Shown here: positions 24,646 through 38,001 of the stretch, piece by piece
How the letters are laid out: each line of letters starts with the position of its first letter
Numbering within the stretch: position 1 is the stretch's first letter
Assembly: GCA_046563655.1 (NCBI GenBank)
Contig: CM102283.1
Coordinates: 9,424,001 to 9,488,000, forward strand
Length of the DNA: 64,000 nt
Source of the DNA: Yuukianura sp. NJ FZ-2021
Taxonomy: Eukaryota
Reading direction: 5' to 3'
The notes under the pieces: generated by a model
The model's database searches: none
Told to the model about the DNA's origin: nothing
The model's input: only the letters and a program-made list of their open reading frames with translations
Position numbers and translations under genes: made by a program

Positions 24646-27550
24646 ATGGGAAGTGAAGCAAAGTTGTCTGTACCTGACTACCTTGTACTTTCTGGTAAGC
24701 AAAAAACTAACATTTTCAAAATTATGACTTTCACAAAATTTTGCTTTTTGAATTTTGTGCTTTAGTTACGATATTATTTTCGATACTCATTGGAATCTAC
24801 TATGCGTTTATCAAAAAACAAAAGACGAACAGTGATCTGTTGGTGGGAGGAAGGAACATGGGGGTCATCCCAGTGTCTCTCAGTCTACTTGCAACTTATG
24901 TCAGTGCAACTATCATTCTGGGTAAAATTTTCAAGAAAAAAAAATAAAATATTTTTTGAAAATATTTTTTCGAAATTTTGAAGTTTTTAAAGTTGGTTTG
25001 CAGGATGGACTGGAGAGATTTATGCCAATGGAGCAATAATTGCGGAAATCATTTTGGTGGCCTTGATTTTCATTCCCTTGGGCGGAGTTCTGTTTTTGCC
25101 GACGATTTTCAGTTTAAAGCTCACAAGTGCTTATGAGGCAAGTTCTAAAATTTGAAAGTTTTAAAATTTTGATTTCAGAAAAAGTTTTTTTTGTTGGAAA
25201 TTTTAGTACCTGGAGCTCCGTTTTCAAAGCCGACTTCTGCGGCTAATAGCCACGGTGACCTTCACTTGCCAAATAATTTTGTACATGGGTGTGGTCCTTT
25301 ACGCTCCGTGTCTCGGTCTGGAAGCCGTAACTGGATTTCCAGTTTATGCAACTGTACTAGTGGTCGGCATTTCTGCAGCAGTCTACACTTCCATTGTAAA
25401 AATTTAATTAACAATTAACTAATTAGTAATTTAAACTCAGTTTATTTCAAATTTAAATAGGATTTGTTGCATTTTAGGGTGGCTACAAGGCAGTGGTGTG
25501 GACAGGTACACTTGCGTCATTCCTCATTTCTCAGAACTGCTTGTCTTGAGAACTAAAACTTTAGTTTTTTTGTTAACTTTTTTTGGTGGAATTTAGATGT
25601 ATTTCAAATGGGAATCATGTTTGCTGGACTGCTGGCTGTCGTCATCAAAGGATGGACAAAGTTAGGAGGATTTGAAAACGTCCTTGAAATTGCTCAAAAA
25701 CATGGTCGGCTCGAATTCTTAAAGTGAGACACTAATTTTCAAAATTTTGAAAAAATTGTGCAAGCTACATCTAGTTAAGGTCATTTTTTGTTTCTTAGTT
25801 TTGAAATGGATCCATTCATACGTCACACCTCTCTGAATATCTTTTTCGGTCAAGGTGAATACACTTTCACTTTCAAAATTCAAAACTCATTTGAAAAAAT
25901 TTTCAAAGAGAAACTTTCTTTTGTACTCTTTATTAAAAATTTCAAAAGTTCATGAATTCTAACGACTTTTTTTTATACTGATCTAGGAGCAATGTGGTTG
26001 TCTGCATATGGATGCCATCAAACAACAATTCAGCGATACTGCAGTCTCAGTTCATACAAAAAAGCGTTCACGTATGAAAAATATTTTAAAATTTTCAAAA
26101 TTTTGGCTCTGTTTTTTTTTTTGAAAAAGTGGTTTTGATTTTTAGTGCTATGCTGTTAACTGCTCCTTTGGTTGCATTTGCTATGTTGTTGACCGTGATA
26201 TCAGGAATTGTCGTGTTTGCAAACTACGCTGGCTGTGACCCCATGACCTTGGGACTTGTAGCCAAAAAAGATCAAATACTGCCATACTTTGTGCTCCAAA
26301 ATTTATCGTCAACGCCTGGACTTGTTGGACTTTTTACTGCTTGTCTCTTGAGGTGACAAGTTCAGATTTTCAAAAATTTATTTCGAAATTTTGAAGTTTT
26401 TGAATTTTCAGTGGAGCCCTGTCCACCATTTCCTCTGGTTTGAATTCTTTAGCCGCCGTTTTGTGGGAAGACATTCTCAAAGACATTCCCCATTTTAGAA
26501 AAATGTCTGAAACTGAACAGGGTTTTACTGTCAAGGTCATTGGTAAATACTCAATTGGTAAACTTCAAAATTTCCAAAATTGGTATTTTAAAATTTTAAA
26601 ATTTTTTTTATTTGTGTAGGATTTTCATATGGACTACTCACAGTGGGCATGGCTTTTGTGGCGGGAAGTTTCAGCGGAATTTTGGCTGCGGCGTTGGTCA
26701 TTTTTGGTGGTGCTTCTGGACCAATTCTGGGAACTTTCATACTTGGCATGTTCATGCCATTTGTTAACAAATACGTCAGTCAAAATTTCAAAATTTCAAA
26801 AAACTAAATTTTGAACGTTTTTCCAGATGACGTTTCTATTTCCAATCAATTTTTTAGGGTGCAATCATAGGTATACTGGCAGGGGAAGTCATAATTTTCT
26901 GGATCAGTGTGGGTGGGTTGCTATGGGCACCAAAACCGGTCCCACTAAATCTCAGTGTAGACGAATGTCCAGCTACTACTTGGCTAACAGTGAACCAAAC
27001 TTGGGTTCAAACAAGGCAAAACTCAACAAGTCCCTCCGTGGAACTGTAAGTTCAAGGTCAAAAGGTCAGCGAGGTCAATGACCTTATGAACTTGAACTTA
27101 CAGTTCCAGTTTGTTTGCATTTCAGGAATGAATGGCCGGATAAAATTTACACCATTTCGTACCTGCTGTACACTTTAATAGGAGCTGTCACCACTGTTCT
27201 AGTTGGAACAGTTGTTAGTTTATGCACAGGTACCCAAAAAGTACAACTTTTTCAAAATTTTGAACAGCTTTTGATCAACATTTAAAATTTTGAAACTTTG
27301 TGTTCAAGGTTGTTCGCAAAGATCGATGAGTGAGGTGGAGCCATTCATCCACCCGTGTTTCCGATTTATCCGAGGATTAGTCAACTCACGGCGGGAAAAT
27401 CGTGCTTTTGAACTTCAAATGACGGATGTGAACAACTGCGACATTCCTGCAACAAAGTTCATTCCAAAAGAAGCTCAATTTCAAAATTCTAAACAGCGTT
27501 TAAAAAGCTGTTGTACAAATCCACATGGATGTGAATGTAAACAGGGCTAG
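24646..27550 (+). CDS. SLC5 sodium:solute symporter (SMCT/SMVT-like), multi-exon
   Basis: MGSEAKLSVPDYLVLS; LLVGGRNMGVIPVSLSLLATYVSATIILG; AYE|YLELRF; GGYKAVVWT|DVFQ; QTTIQRYCSL; YAGCDPM...DQILPYFV; GALSTISSGLNSLAAV; GPILGTFILGMF. Confidence 0.93.
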
Positions 27551-28214
27551 TTTAATTTTTGAAAAACGTGACAGAATTTTAACAGGGCTGTTTTATTTTT
27601 GAAGAAGTGAAAGAATTTTATTAAAAACGAAAAGTTCGTCGGAAAAAAGTAAAAGAATTTCATTAAAAGCAAAAAAGTTTGCCGAAAAAAAAGCTACGAA
27701 ACATGAAATATTGAGACTTTAAGTTTATTTTTATCCAACTTTTGGTTATTCCGCGAATTGCATAAGAAACAAAGGAGTACCTTGAGAGAATTGACGTCAT
27801 CAAAAACACACTTTTAAGTGCATGTCCACACTTTCACTTTCAACCTTTGTTTTTATTTTGAGTATAATGTTAAGTAGAGTGAATTTGAAGAGTGGAAATT
27901 CCTGTTAGTTGATTACTGTGAATCAGGATGGGCAGAAGGAACTGTAAAGTTGCACTACGCAGAGTCCACGCATTGCGTCTGCGTAGAATGAGAGTGTTAA
28001 TGGGGTATTGAGGACGTGGTTCATTCATTCCTCTCCTCAATTGTTTATTTTCAGTTTGGAATTACGTCTTTCATCACTCCAAACTCCAATGAGATCCGTA
28101 AAGTTTCACTACGGATACACCAAGAGAAGTAAAGCCTACTTGCACATGCGCATTCTGCCCTAACACAACATCTTGGTCACTGAGCATGCGCAGAGTACTA
28201 AAAAGTATAAACCG

Positions 28215-28252
28215 TATAAAAGAACCGGCAAACTTTTGTAACAGCATCAGTT
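28215..28252 (+). promoter_or_regulatory. TATA box plus Inr core promoter of the secreted-protein gene
   Basis: TATAAAAG at 28215 and TCAGTT at 28247, about 90 bp before ATG 28338. Confidence 0.55.
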
Positions 28253-28337
28253 GAAACACAACAACCGAAGGAAAAGTTAACAAAAGTTTAAAATATATTT
28301 AAAAACTTTGTTTTCAGAGAGTTACAAAAAATTAACA

Positions 28338-29333
28338 ATGCAATTCATCAATTTTTTGGTGGCATTCTGCCTCATCGGAACCTCAATTGCAGCACCACCC
28401 AGTTTAATTTTTGACCAGAGTGAAACTGTAAGTGACTTTCACATTTCAAAATCAAAATTTCAGTTTTGAAACATAAAAATTGATTTTTTTTTTCAGTAAA
28501 TTCTAAAATGCATTTTTTATGACTTTCAGAATCCCACTGACACAGAAGGACTAAAGTTTGAAACAGAAGCAGAAACTACTGTGCCAACTTTTGACCAATC
28601 AGCCCCATCTCCCGCTTTTTTCCCATCCAGTGAAGCCGAAACCGATTCGGAGTCGGTAGGTGAACTCAAGGCGCCTGCCGGTATCGTTCCGGCTCCAGTT
28701 GCCGGTACAGAACAAACGGACGGCAGAACTTTTCATCATTTGGCAAAACTGCACTACAAAGTGGACCAAACCCTGCAACACTTTTGGCACAAATTGGTTT
28801 CACCTTGGTTCTACCACGGAGAACCCCATCACTTTCCACAGGGTCCATACTTTGAATATGACTCTCATGGAAACTACCGTAAAGACTCCGATATTTACCG
28901 TAAAGATTCTCTTACAAGCCCCACTTCAACCATGTCCAGAATTCTAACTCCATTGGTCAAAGCTCCGCAGTACTTTGTCAATCATCCAATCAACTTCAAG
29001 CAAGGACTGGCCAATCTCCAGCATGCCATTGGCAAACGAAGTGTCGAATCTTCGCGCCAAGGAAGCGAAAGTTTTGAAACTTCGCGCCAAGGAAAAACAC
29101 TGGACAAAATTATTCCAGGTTTTGAAGAGCGAATGGGCATTTTGATGCGAAGAGTTTTTGGAGATTTGTACGGAAGTAATCAAAATAATTTCAAATCCGA
29201 TTTTCCCGCCACTTCAAAAAATCCGACTCTCCAACTACCGCAACTCAAATTTACACAAATGGCATCCAGAATTGCAAATTACGTTGGACACCAACTTAAC
29301 AAACTCAGAAATCCAGAATACCACCAAGGCTAA
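28338..29333 (+). CDS. Secreted protein, possible peptide precursor; exons 28338-28427 and 28530-29333
   Basis: Signal peptide MQFINFLVAFCLIGTSIA; phase-0 GT-AG intron joins to ORF 28581..29333; acidic pro-region, GKR site, C-terminal Gly. Confidence 0.8.
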
Positions 29334-30129
29334 ATTTAAAAAAGTTAACAAAAAACGCTTTTTAGTGTTTTTAACAAAAATGACACCCAGTTATGTCTTG
29401 ATTCAGTGAAGACGTTTTGTTAAAACTTGTTCTAAAGTTTGTCTTTTCCTAAAAAATAAACCAAAACAACATTTTTACTCACTTATAAACTTTTTTTTTA
29501 ACGTTCAGAATGGTACAATGTCTCGAATTCGTTTTATTTTAGGAATGTCGTTTACAAAGAAAAACTTTCTACAAAATCCAATTTGTTCAATACTTTCCTA
29601 AACCAAGATTTTCTAGAATTTCTAAAAACTGAATTCTCTAAAACTCTAATTTTAATTTTTCAAAATTGGTTAAAATTTTGGAATCTTTAAGATATATACA
29701 GGTACTTAACTTGTCTCAAAGGTCTTAAAATCTAACTACAATTAAAATCAACTTTGAAGTTGGAAGAATTACTGAAAAAAAAACAAGTAATGGAAAAACC
29801 AATTCAGAATCTCTAGTTTCGAAGTCCGCTTGCTATTTTTGGCATAAAATTGACTAAAAGTGATCAAATTACCAAAAATTCTGTTTTCCAAAATTTTCTG
29901 AAAGCTAAGATGATCAATTTGTGTAGAAACCAGAAAAACAGATCGATCATAAACATTCGACAGGTTAATGCGTTTTAGGGAAAATTATTTCCAAAGAAAT
30001 TTCTTAGAGAAAGTTGTCCAACTTTTTGGAAAATGTTCCATTTTTGATGCGTATAGCTCATTAATTCTGACACAAAACTTTTAGTACTTTTAGATCTTTA
30101 GTACTTTTAGTCCCCTTGATAGAACGTGT

Positions 30130-32874
30130 TCACTCATATGTCAAATTATCCAGAGTCCTACTTTGTTGTGGCGTGAGGACGAACTTCGTGAGTCGATTTG
30201 GCCCAATTTCTGAAATGAAGATAGACGATCCATCTTGTGAAACTGCGATGTCGTGGGGCGAAATGAAACCTCTGGAAGATGTAAAAGTGTCCACAACTTG
30301 AGAAGTTTTCCAATCAATTGTTAACCCTTGGGTCAACGCAGGAGCTGACCCGGCTCCGTTGACCCCATATAGACGTCCACCTAACACAACAAAAAGTTTT
30401 TAAAAAATTAAGTTAAAAAAATTGCATTGTTTTTGAAAAGTTCTTGGAGGGAAAGAGTTTTTGGTATTTTGGGGAACTTTTTGAAACTTTACGGTATTTT
30501 TTTCTTTTTGAGTTTAAATATTTAGTTAAATTGGTAGCTATTTGTTGCTTACGTGCGAATGAGATGCCGAAGATTCTGCCGATGTAGACGCCGTTCGTTA
30601 CGGAAACAATTTGGCCAAACTGCTCTTCCTTCCGGAGTCCTGCGTTGATGCAGAGAACGCGGCGGTGCTCGCGATCAGCGACGCAGAGCACGTCCTCCTC
30701 CTCAATCAGAGCCAAACTGTGCGGAATAGCCAACGAAGAGCCCTTGCCCTCCTTCCATAGCCAGCCTTCCAACAAAAACAGCGAAATTTCAAATTTTTGC
30801 AAATTTTGAAACTAATATAACCTAAATTTTATAAGCTTTACCTTCTTCTCCAAATTTGGCCAGAAACTTGCCGTCCTTGTCGAATTTCATGATGCGACTG
30901 TTGCAGTATCCGTCTGCGACAAAGAAAGCTCCGCCCCTGGCTACTGCGACATCCGTCGGTTTGCAAAAACAGTCATTGGATGCACCAGGCATGAAGCGAT
31001 GACCTAGCGTCAACGTTGGTTGGTCCGATCCTGGTATAAACTAAAGGAAAAAATGGCGGTGGTCAAAAGTGGCCAAAAGCCAGTGGTCAAAAGTGGAAAA
31101 AAGTCATTGGTCAAAAGTAAATGATCAAATGTTAGTAGCCAAAAGTCATTTGGTAAAAGTCAATGGCTACAAGTGATCGGTCAAAAGTCTGTGGTCAAAA
31201 GTCATCGGTCAAAAGTCTGTGGTCAAAAGTCATCGGTCAAAAGTCAGTGGTCCAAATGGCTTTTTTTACAGTTGCTTACTTTGTAGACTTGGTGAGTGGC
31301 TACATCGGTGAGCCAGAGACTATTGTTGTGGTCAATTGTGATGCCGTGGGGCATGTAAAAGAAATTCCCACCCCATGAAGCCAGCATTTGACCAGTTTGA
31401 CTGTCCAGCACCACAATCGTGTCTTCTTCAATCGGCCCCTCATCTTCCCTCTGGTAGTGGTTCGAATCGTTGAATGACCTTTTCAAATTCCAAAATTTCA
31501 AAAGTTCAAAATTTCGAAAAACTTAAATTTCTACTGTGAGTGATACCCTGAATCCCAAACGACGGTTGCCCGGTGGAAAATGACTGGATTTCCTGACTTG
31601 TCTACATCCACTCCAGAGATTTGACCTAAATCGTATTCTTCCAGTGGCCAACCAACAACTTCCTCCGGATGTAAAACTTCTTCTTCAATCTTTCATAAAA
31701 TAAAAAGTTTACTTTTTAAAACTAAATTTTCAAAACACAATTTCCTTCCTGACACAAAATTTGGAAACTGGAATTAATCATTCATAAACCTTGTCTCTTG
31801 CACGTCTTAAGGTCAAAGGCGGATGTCGCAAAAGCCAGGAGTTTATGAATTATTCATTTTTCAAAAAATGGGTTTTCGTTTTTCATAAAAGTTGAATTTC
31901 GCTTGTCCTAAATCCAGCAGAAGATTAAGAACTTACAAAAGGATTTCAAAACTTTGAGAAAATCGTAACTCAAATCCAAATCTCTGAACTCTCTCCTTTT
32001 CAAAATTTCAAAAGTTTCAAAATTTTGGACATTCTCTCTAAAATAAATTATAAGGCCACAGTAAGTTCATTTTCCCACGCAGTTCTTAGAAGCTTCTGCG
32101 TCTAATGCCAAATCAATATTCGCTGAAACCGCACCGAGAAAAGCACAAAGAGACAAAGTGCGGATCAATCCGCTCGAATTAGGCTCGAGTGCTTTTCAAT
32201 TTTGTTCAAACAGTTTTAAAAAGTGGGTTTTTTGAAAAGGTCAATGACCCATGACACTTTCACTTGAAAAGGTCACGACCAAAGTGCGCAATTTGAAAAT
32301 TTTAAGAGCAATTTGAAATTGGCGGGTGGCAGTTTGTTTTAGATGCCTTCCAGTGAAAGTGGAGATAAATTGGTAAACTGCCAAAGTTTGGACTGATCAT
32401 AAAAAGTAAAAGGAGGAACGTGGTTCGAAATTCGAATTTTGGCGCGTTTATTTTTGTTAGTGGAGGAAAAGCAGTAAGCTTAAAGGCTATGGCTGCCAAC
32501 AGGGATTGAAACACACCTCGTTTCTCTAACTCTCAAACGACAGTTACAAATTGGTCGTAAAATACATCTTTCTTTTACTACTTTTAAAAAAACGCAACGA
32601 AAAACTAAACTTTTCTCAATTTCAGCTTGAAACTAAATCAATGCGGTAAACGATTTCTTTTTAACTTTTCAAACAAAAAGTGTTACAAAATGGAGGAAAT
32701 TTTTTTTCTGAGGGGTTTCAACTTCGAAATTTCAAATTTAAATTTTACCCGCTCATTAAACTGACGTTTGAGTAAAGCTCTCACGTGATCTTCCGCTTCC
32801 TGGTAGTCACTAGATCTGGACAGCACTGGAGACAGGAAATAGCACAAAGTCAAACTTATCAAAAAATTCTTCAT
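30130..32874 (-). CDS. Pal: Peptidyl-alpha-hydroxyglycine alpha-amidating lyase (monofunctional PAL), about 6 exons
   Basis: Signal peptide; WGGNFFYMPHGITID; LWLTDVATHQVYK; FCKPTDVAV...FFVADGYCNSRIMKF; IPHSLAL...LCVADRE; PHDIAVS...EIGPN (NHL repeats). Confidence 0.93.
31058..31255. repeat. Intronic (ggtcaaaagt)-type minisatellite in PAL
   Basis: About 12 degenerate ggtcaaaag units. Confidence 0.85.
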
Positions 32875-34437
32875 TCTGTCCTAATTCAAAAAATCTTGAA
32901 AATCGTGATTTTTCAAAACTCTTCTAAAATTCGCGAGTTTCTATTTGCTGAGGTTTGTTTCCGTGACTCCGTTTGATTGCTTTCACTTTCCTGTCCAGTT
33001 TGGTGTGAAAACTGTCTTAGATTAAAGTTTGTTGTGGAGTGATAGAAATGGATCCAGATGGAATGATCCAGTGGAATGGAATGATCCAGATGGAACGAAA
33101 ATTGTTTCTGGTCTGACCAACCACCACCAGTGGAATGAGATCAAGTTGAGCCTACTTTCACTTCCAGCGCAGTTTTGAGTTTGAGCGCAGCGAAATCGCT
33201 GCCAGCGAGTGTTGCGTGGGTCGTTTGTGTCCAGCTGGAGCTCGTCAGCCTCTGAGCGCTGGAACTACTTTTGTCCAGGCCTTTTAGCTGTGATGATACT
33301 GCTGGAAAGTGAGCTGGAGCGAGAGTGCACCAGTTATCTCCTAAAAACTAATACACCGTAAACCCTATATTTTTTGAAGGAGAAAGTTGGGGGGATTCGA
33401 ACGCGCGACTACTAAAGGATTCATAGGTCCCCTGTTGGGTTTTGCATATGCGCTTTCTCTCTTTCTAAATTATGCATACTACTCCTCTGAGAGAAAAGAG
33501 AAAAGTAGTGGAGGCAGAAACTAACATGGACTCAAATTGGAAAATGAATGGACGAGATACCCAAATTCAATTTATTCCTATTGTTACTCCCTCCATTTCC
33601 TTAGTTTTTAGTTTTTTTAGTGCAAGAATTTAATTTAAGAAATTTAAATTAAAAAAAACTAACAAAAACAACTTTAAGAAGTCTGATGAAAGCTAATGAA
33701 AATGAGAAATTTTAATTTTCTAAAGAATTCTAAAGAAAACCAATTTTTTTCTCTTTTTTTCCTCTTTTCTCTCCTTTTCACTCTGTCGTTTTTGTAAAAC
33801 TTTTTTTTTAGTTTTCCGTTGTTGGATTTTGCAATTCAAAAATTAAGTGAAAGTTGTTTTGTGTTTTGCAAAAGTTAATAACTTTTTGGCGAGATGTTTA
33901 TTTTGTAAGTTCTTTTTTGCCCTTTTGAATAGAATCGATGTTATTTTTGGCTGTAAAAAGAAATCAGGACGATGATAAATTGTTCTTTGAGAGAAAGTTG
34001 AGTTTGAGTGAAGAAGGAAATTGGAGTGAAAGCGAGAGAATAAGAAAGTGAAAGTTGCTTTTCAAAATAAGTCATTTCTGTGTGTGTGCCTTCGGGAGGC
34101 TTTTCTCCACCGCACGGAATGACGTAAATCGTGCCAAAAATCAATACGATGAGGACACGCTTCGCTGCTCTGCTCACTTTTTTTAGAAAACCAAAAACTC
34201 TGCTTTCTCCATTTCCAAAAAGTTGCTTTTTGCTTCTCTCTATTCCTCTACTTTTACTTTTCAAAAAAATAGAGAAAGTAAATGCTAAAATTAGAAATTC
34301 TCTTTAACTTTTTAGATCAAAAGTTACTCAAAACTCTAAAAAATGAGTTGTCAAATGTTGAAAAAAACGAACTTTGAAGTAAAAGTTGCAAATTGGTAAA
34401 ATTTTATGTCGAAAATGAAAATAAATTGATCATTAGA

Positions 34438-36554
34438 CTAACTATGTTTTTGGAGACTGCGTGAGTGACTGGAGTCTGCAGTGACTTGACCTTTGTGACC
34501 TTTGGCATTTGGACAGAACATTAACTTTAGTGCTAGTCTAAACTTTTCTCCAAGGACGCAATAAATGATAAAGTTAACAGAAGAATTTAAAGTTGCCAAA
34601 AGTTTAACAAAACTGTAGATGACGCTTGACCTGATGGAGCGATACATCAAGTCATAGCTGTTTCCAAATGGCTCGTAATTTGGAATTCGAAAAAATATTT
34701 CATGAATGAAAAGTGGAAGATAGCATAAACCAAAAACTGCGACGACGCAGAGCATCATGCGTGTCGTGGACGTCGAGGACGCAGGCGCGGACGGTTTGCG
34801 TGGACGGCCGTCCTCGTACTGACGGTATTCCCGATTTGTCATACTTTGACGAATTCTATCACTCCTCTTCAACTGCAATTTCAAAAAAATTATTAAAAAT
34901 CTCAAAATTTTGAGTTTTTTTTTTGAAAACTCACTTCCAAAATGATCCAGAAGTTGAAAAAGATGAGCCAGTAGTAGGGAATGAAGTACTTGAAAATGAT
35001 TTTGCCCCACTGCAAGTACAGATTGTACTGCTTGGAGTATCCAAACGGAGTCGTCATGATATAAAACTGTTCTACCGTAAAGTTCCGAGTAATTTCCGGA
35101 ATCCGAATGGTCATGTTCGGTAAACTTCGGTCCAGCGGACTATTCCTATGCCTTCCACTGGAAGTTGAATTTTGACTAAACTCACTTGAAATTTCGGTTG
35201 CAAAAATTTTCGGAAAATTGAAAAATAAAGTGAAGCAGCAAACTGCTAAAGACGCCAAAAGTGCGTTTTTTCTTGTGCAAATTCTTCTTGCTTGCAAAGA
35301 ATGACAAACAACGATATAGCGTTCCAGTGACACCAGAATCGTAAAGTAAATTGAACCAACATTTCCTGAAACATGAAAACACTTTTTCAAAAAAAAATTT
35401 TTTTTAATGTTGAAATTTTGGTTTTACCGAGTTCATACATAAAGTATGACCACTTTCTCATGAGCGAATAGCCGTAGGAGGCTCCGTCGTCATCCGGCAT
35501 GTACACAAACTTGTCTCTGGTGACAGTAAAGTATGAAATTGAGTTGTCAATGCCCGTGTCCAGGAATTGACCAAGGAGGTACACTATGTCCGACACTGTC
35601 ATGCCCAATAACACATGACTCATGGATGACCTCAGGCGGGGTCTCGTCAATACTAAGACACTGATGAAGTTTCCGACAATCCCGAACAAACTTACGGCCG
35701 AAACGACCACTCCTTGCATCAAATACTCAAATTGTTTGTACGGCCATTTTTGGCGCCGAAGTTCAAAGTAAATGTCGTCCCGACCACCGCAGTAGCCCAA
35801 AACTCTGTTGGTCGGATCAGCTTCCGAGAAACCTAAAAAAAAAACAACAGGAAATCAAAAATTTTCAAACATTTTTTCAAAATTTTTACTAACTGCAATT
35901 GTTTTCAGAATTTGGCCAACAGTTTTGGTATATGCACTCCAGTCCAGCATGACAACCAATCCCCAGTCCGCAATTGGAGTGTAACTTGCCCAAGCAGCTG
36001 TGATTGGTCTGGACGTATCTGACGTCATCGCATGCGCACAAACCACTTTGAGTACAAACAGTAAACGGTCCACCAGTGAAGCACATTGTACTTGAAGCTA
36101 AAATGAGTTTGTCCACGGAGATTTTGTCCGAGGACGATTTCTCCGCGGAAGTTTTTTCCGTGGAAGATCTATTTTTGTCCACGCTTGAGTCAGTTGTGGT
36201 TTCTGAAGTATTTGGATTGATAGTTGAATAAATCAAAGCTGCCCAATCTAAATTGGTTTCAAGCGGATATTGATTTGTGGTTGAGGAAACGAAAGTTTTT
36301 AGCCTCTCTTCCCATAAAGTCCGATTACACGATTGACCTACAACTCCACCGTCAACATTCCGTTGACCAATCGGAGTCAAAAGCAACTTGAAATCAACTT
36401 GTGTCCAATTTGACATCAAATTTTTTAAATTTCTGTCAAAATCTGTCAAATTATTTTGAAAATCTGTCAAATTCTTTTGATTTGTCAAATCACTTGCACT
36501 GCTAGCCAAACTAACTATTGTCAAAAACCAAGTCAAAACTAAAACTTGGTCCAT
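34438..36554 (-). CDS. Rhodopsin-class peptide GPCR, FMRFamide-receptor-like, with a long Cys-rich N-terminal ectodomain; 4 exons
   Basis: GIVGNFISVLVLTRP, LGMTVSD, VSLERYIVVCHSL, FNFPKIF, FGLCYLP, NSSVNFIIYC. Exon 1 (36554-35894) joins in frame (phase 1) to exon 2 at 35832. Confidence 0.88.
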
Positions 36555-37861
36555 TTTGTACTAAATTCACACCAGTTTTTAAAAAAAGTCAAAGGTCAAG
36601 TGATTATATAAGGATTCACTTGTTCCATTTTCTTGAGGTCAACACTTAACACAATCTTTGCCAAAATGGAAGTTTTGTGTCACATCTCAAAAGTTGCACA
36701 AAAGATAAGTGTTGAGGATGTAAATTTTTAGCACTCTCTCAAACTGGTCTTCACTGCAACTAAAAACTGAAACTGAAGATGAAGCAAAAAGTTTAAAAGT
36801 TTCAGAGAATTGCAAACGTAGGTCATTTGGAGGCGTCAAAAATTGCAATTTGAGGAGCAGACTGAAGGAATGCACAACCTAAGTTAAATTTGAGAGCAGT
36901 TAAGTTAGGTTATGTTTTAACTTTAACTTTGTAACTTTTAAGTTTTGTGTGATAAGAGATAGTAGTGATGGAGTGAACAATGAGAGACTGACAAAAGTGT
37001 AAATGAAAATGGGCCATGAGGTTTTTCCTGTTGAGGTTTACTCCAATGTTTGACTTTTCAAACAAAACTAAAACATTTTCTGTTTTTGAACACAGGGGTT
37101 AGTTCAAAATTTAAAAAATAGACATATACCTTGTGCTTCCAAAACTAAACAGAAATTCTCACCCTCCCTTCAGGACTAAAAGTGAAGTCGGACTTTGACG
37201 AAGCCGAAAAACAAGAAAACTGGCAGTTTTCGTAATAAACAAAAAAGGAAATGCAAAAATAAACATTTCGTTCTGCACGGAAAATTTTTGGGAGTGTAAC
37301 AAAAGAGACGCCTGTTTGCAAAAAAATGAATGTACGTAATGGCACCGTAAAAAAATTGAACTTGACATTGACTTTTATGGACATGGATGGCCTGTAGCAG
37401 TAAAATTTTGCATTTGCAAAAAAAAAAAAGTTACACAAAAAAAATTGCAAAAAAAAAATTTGAGTTTCATTAAATTTTCGTGCAAGTAAAACTGGAACAC
37501 GCAGACATTATGAAATGAAATATCACGAAACGAAGATATTTTTTGTTCATCTACTCTATTTATTCTCTTCTTTCAAAAAAATACAATGTACTACTAATCA
37601 AAAAAGTGCAAAACGAAAAGTTTAGCTGAAAAGTTGAAATGAAAATGAAGTATAATTAGTTTTCGAAATTTCAAAGTTGTATGCAGATGACTTCCTCTAC
37701 ACTGTTACGTTTAGTACGCAACACAAGTTACATTTTACCATTCAAAGTCTACATTATTCTAAAATTATGAAAAATCGCAGTAAAAAAATACTAACAAAAC
37801 GAAAAAAATACAAATTCTTACAATCTAACATTAACCAAAACAGTCACAGAAAAAAAAACTA

Positions 37862-37974
37862 AGAATCAGCAGAATTCAAACTAAAAAAATTCTGAAACGC
37901 TGCAGAATTGAAACTAAAAAAAATCTAAAACGCTGCAGATTTCAAACTAAAAAATTCTAAAAACGCTGCAGATT
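37862..37974. repeat. About 33-bp tandem repeat, about 3.5 copies
   Basis: Unit aaacgctgcaga(a/t)tt(c/g)aaactaaaaaaa(a/t)tct. Confidence 0.8.
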
Positions 37975-38001
37975 GGTTCTTTGTTGTTCACTTTTGAAAA
38001 A

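Noticed and set aside
33385-33450. tRNA-like GTTCGAATCC on the minus strand
   Set aside because: The T-stem does not pair and no cloverleaf or A box is evident; at most a decayed SINE.
37083-37140. Possible transposon terminus (CAGGGG inside an 8-bp hairpin) bounding the orphan pair
   Set aside because: No matching right-hand TIR or TSD found.
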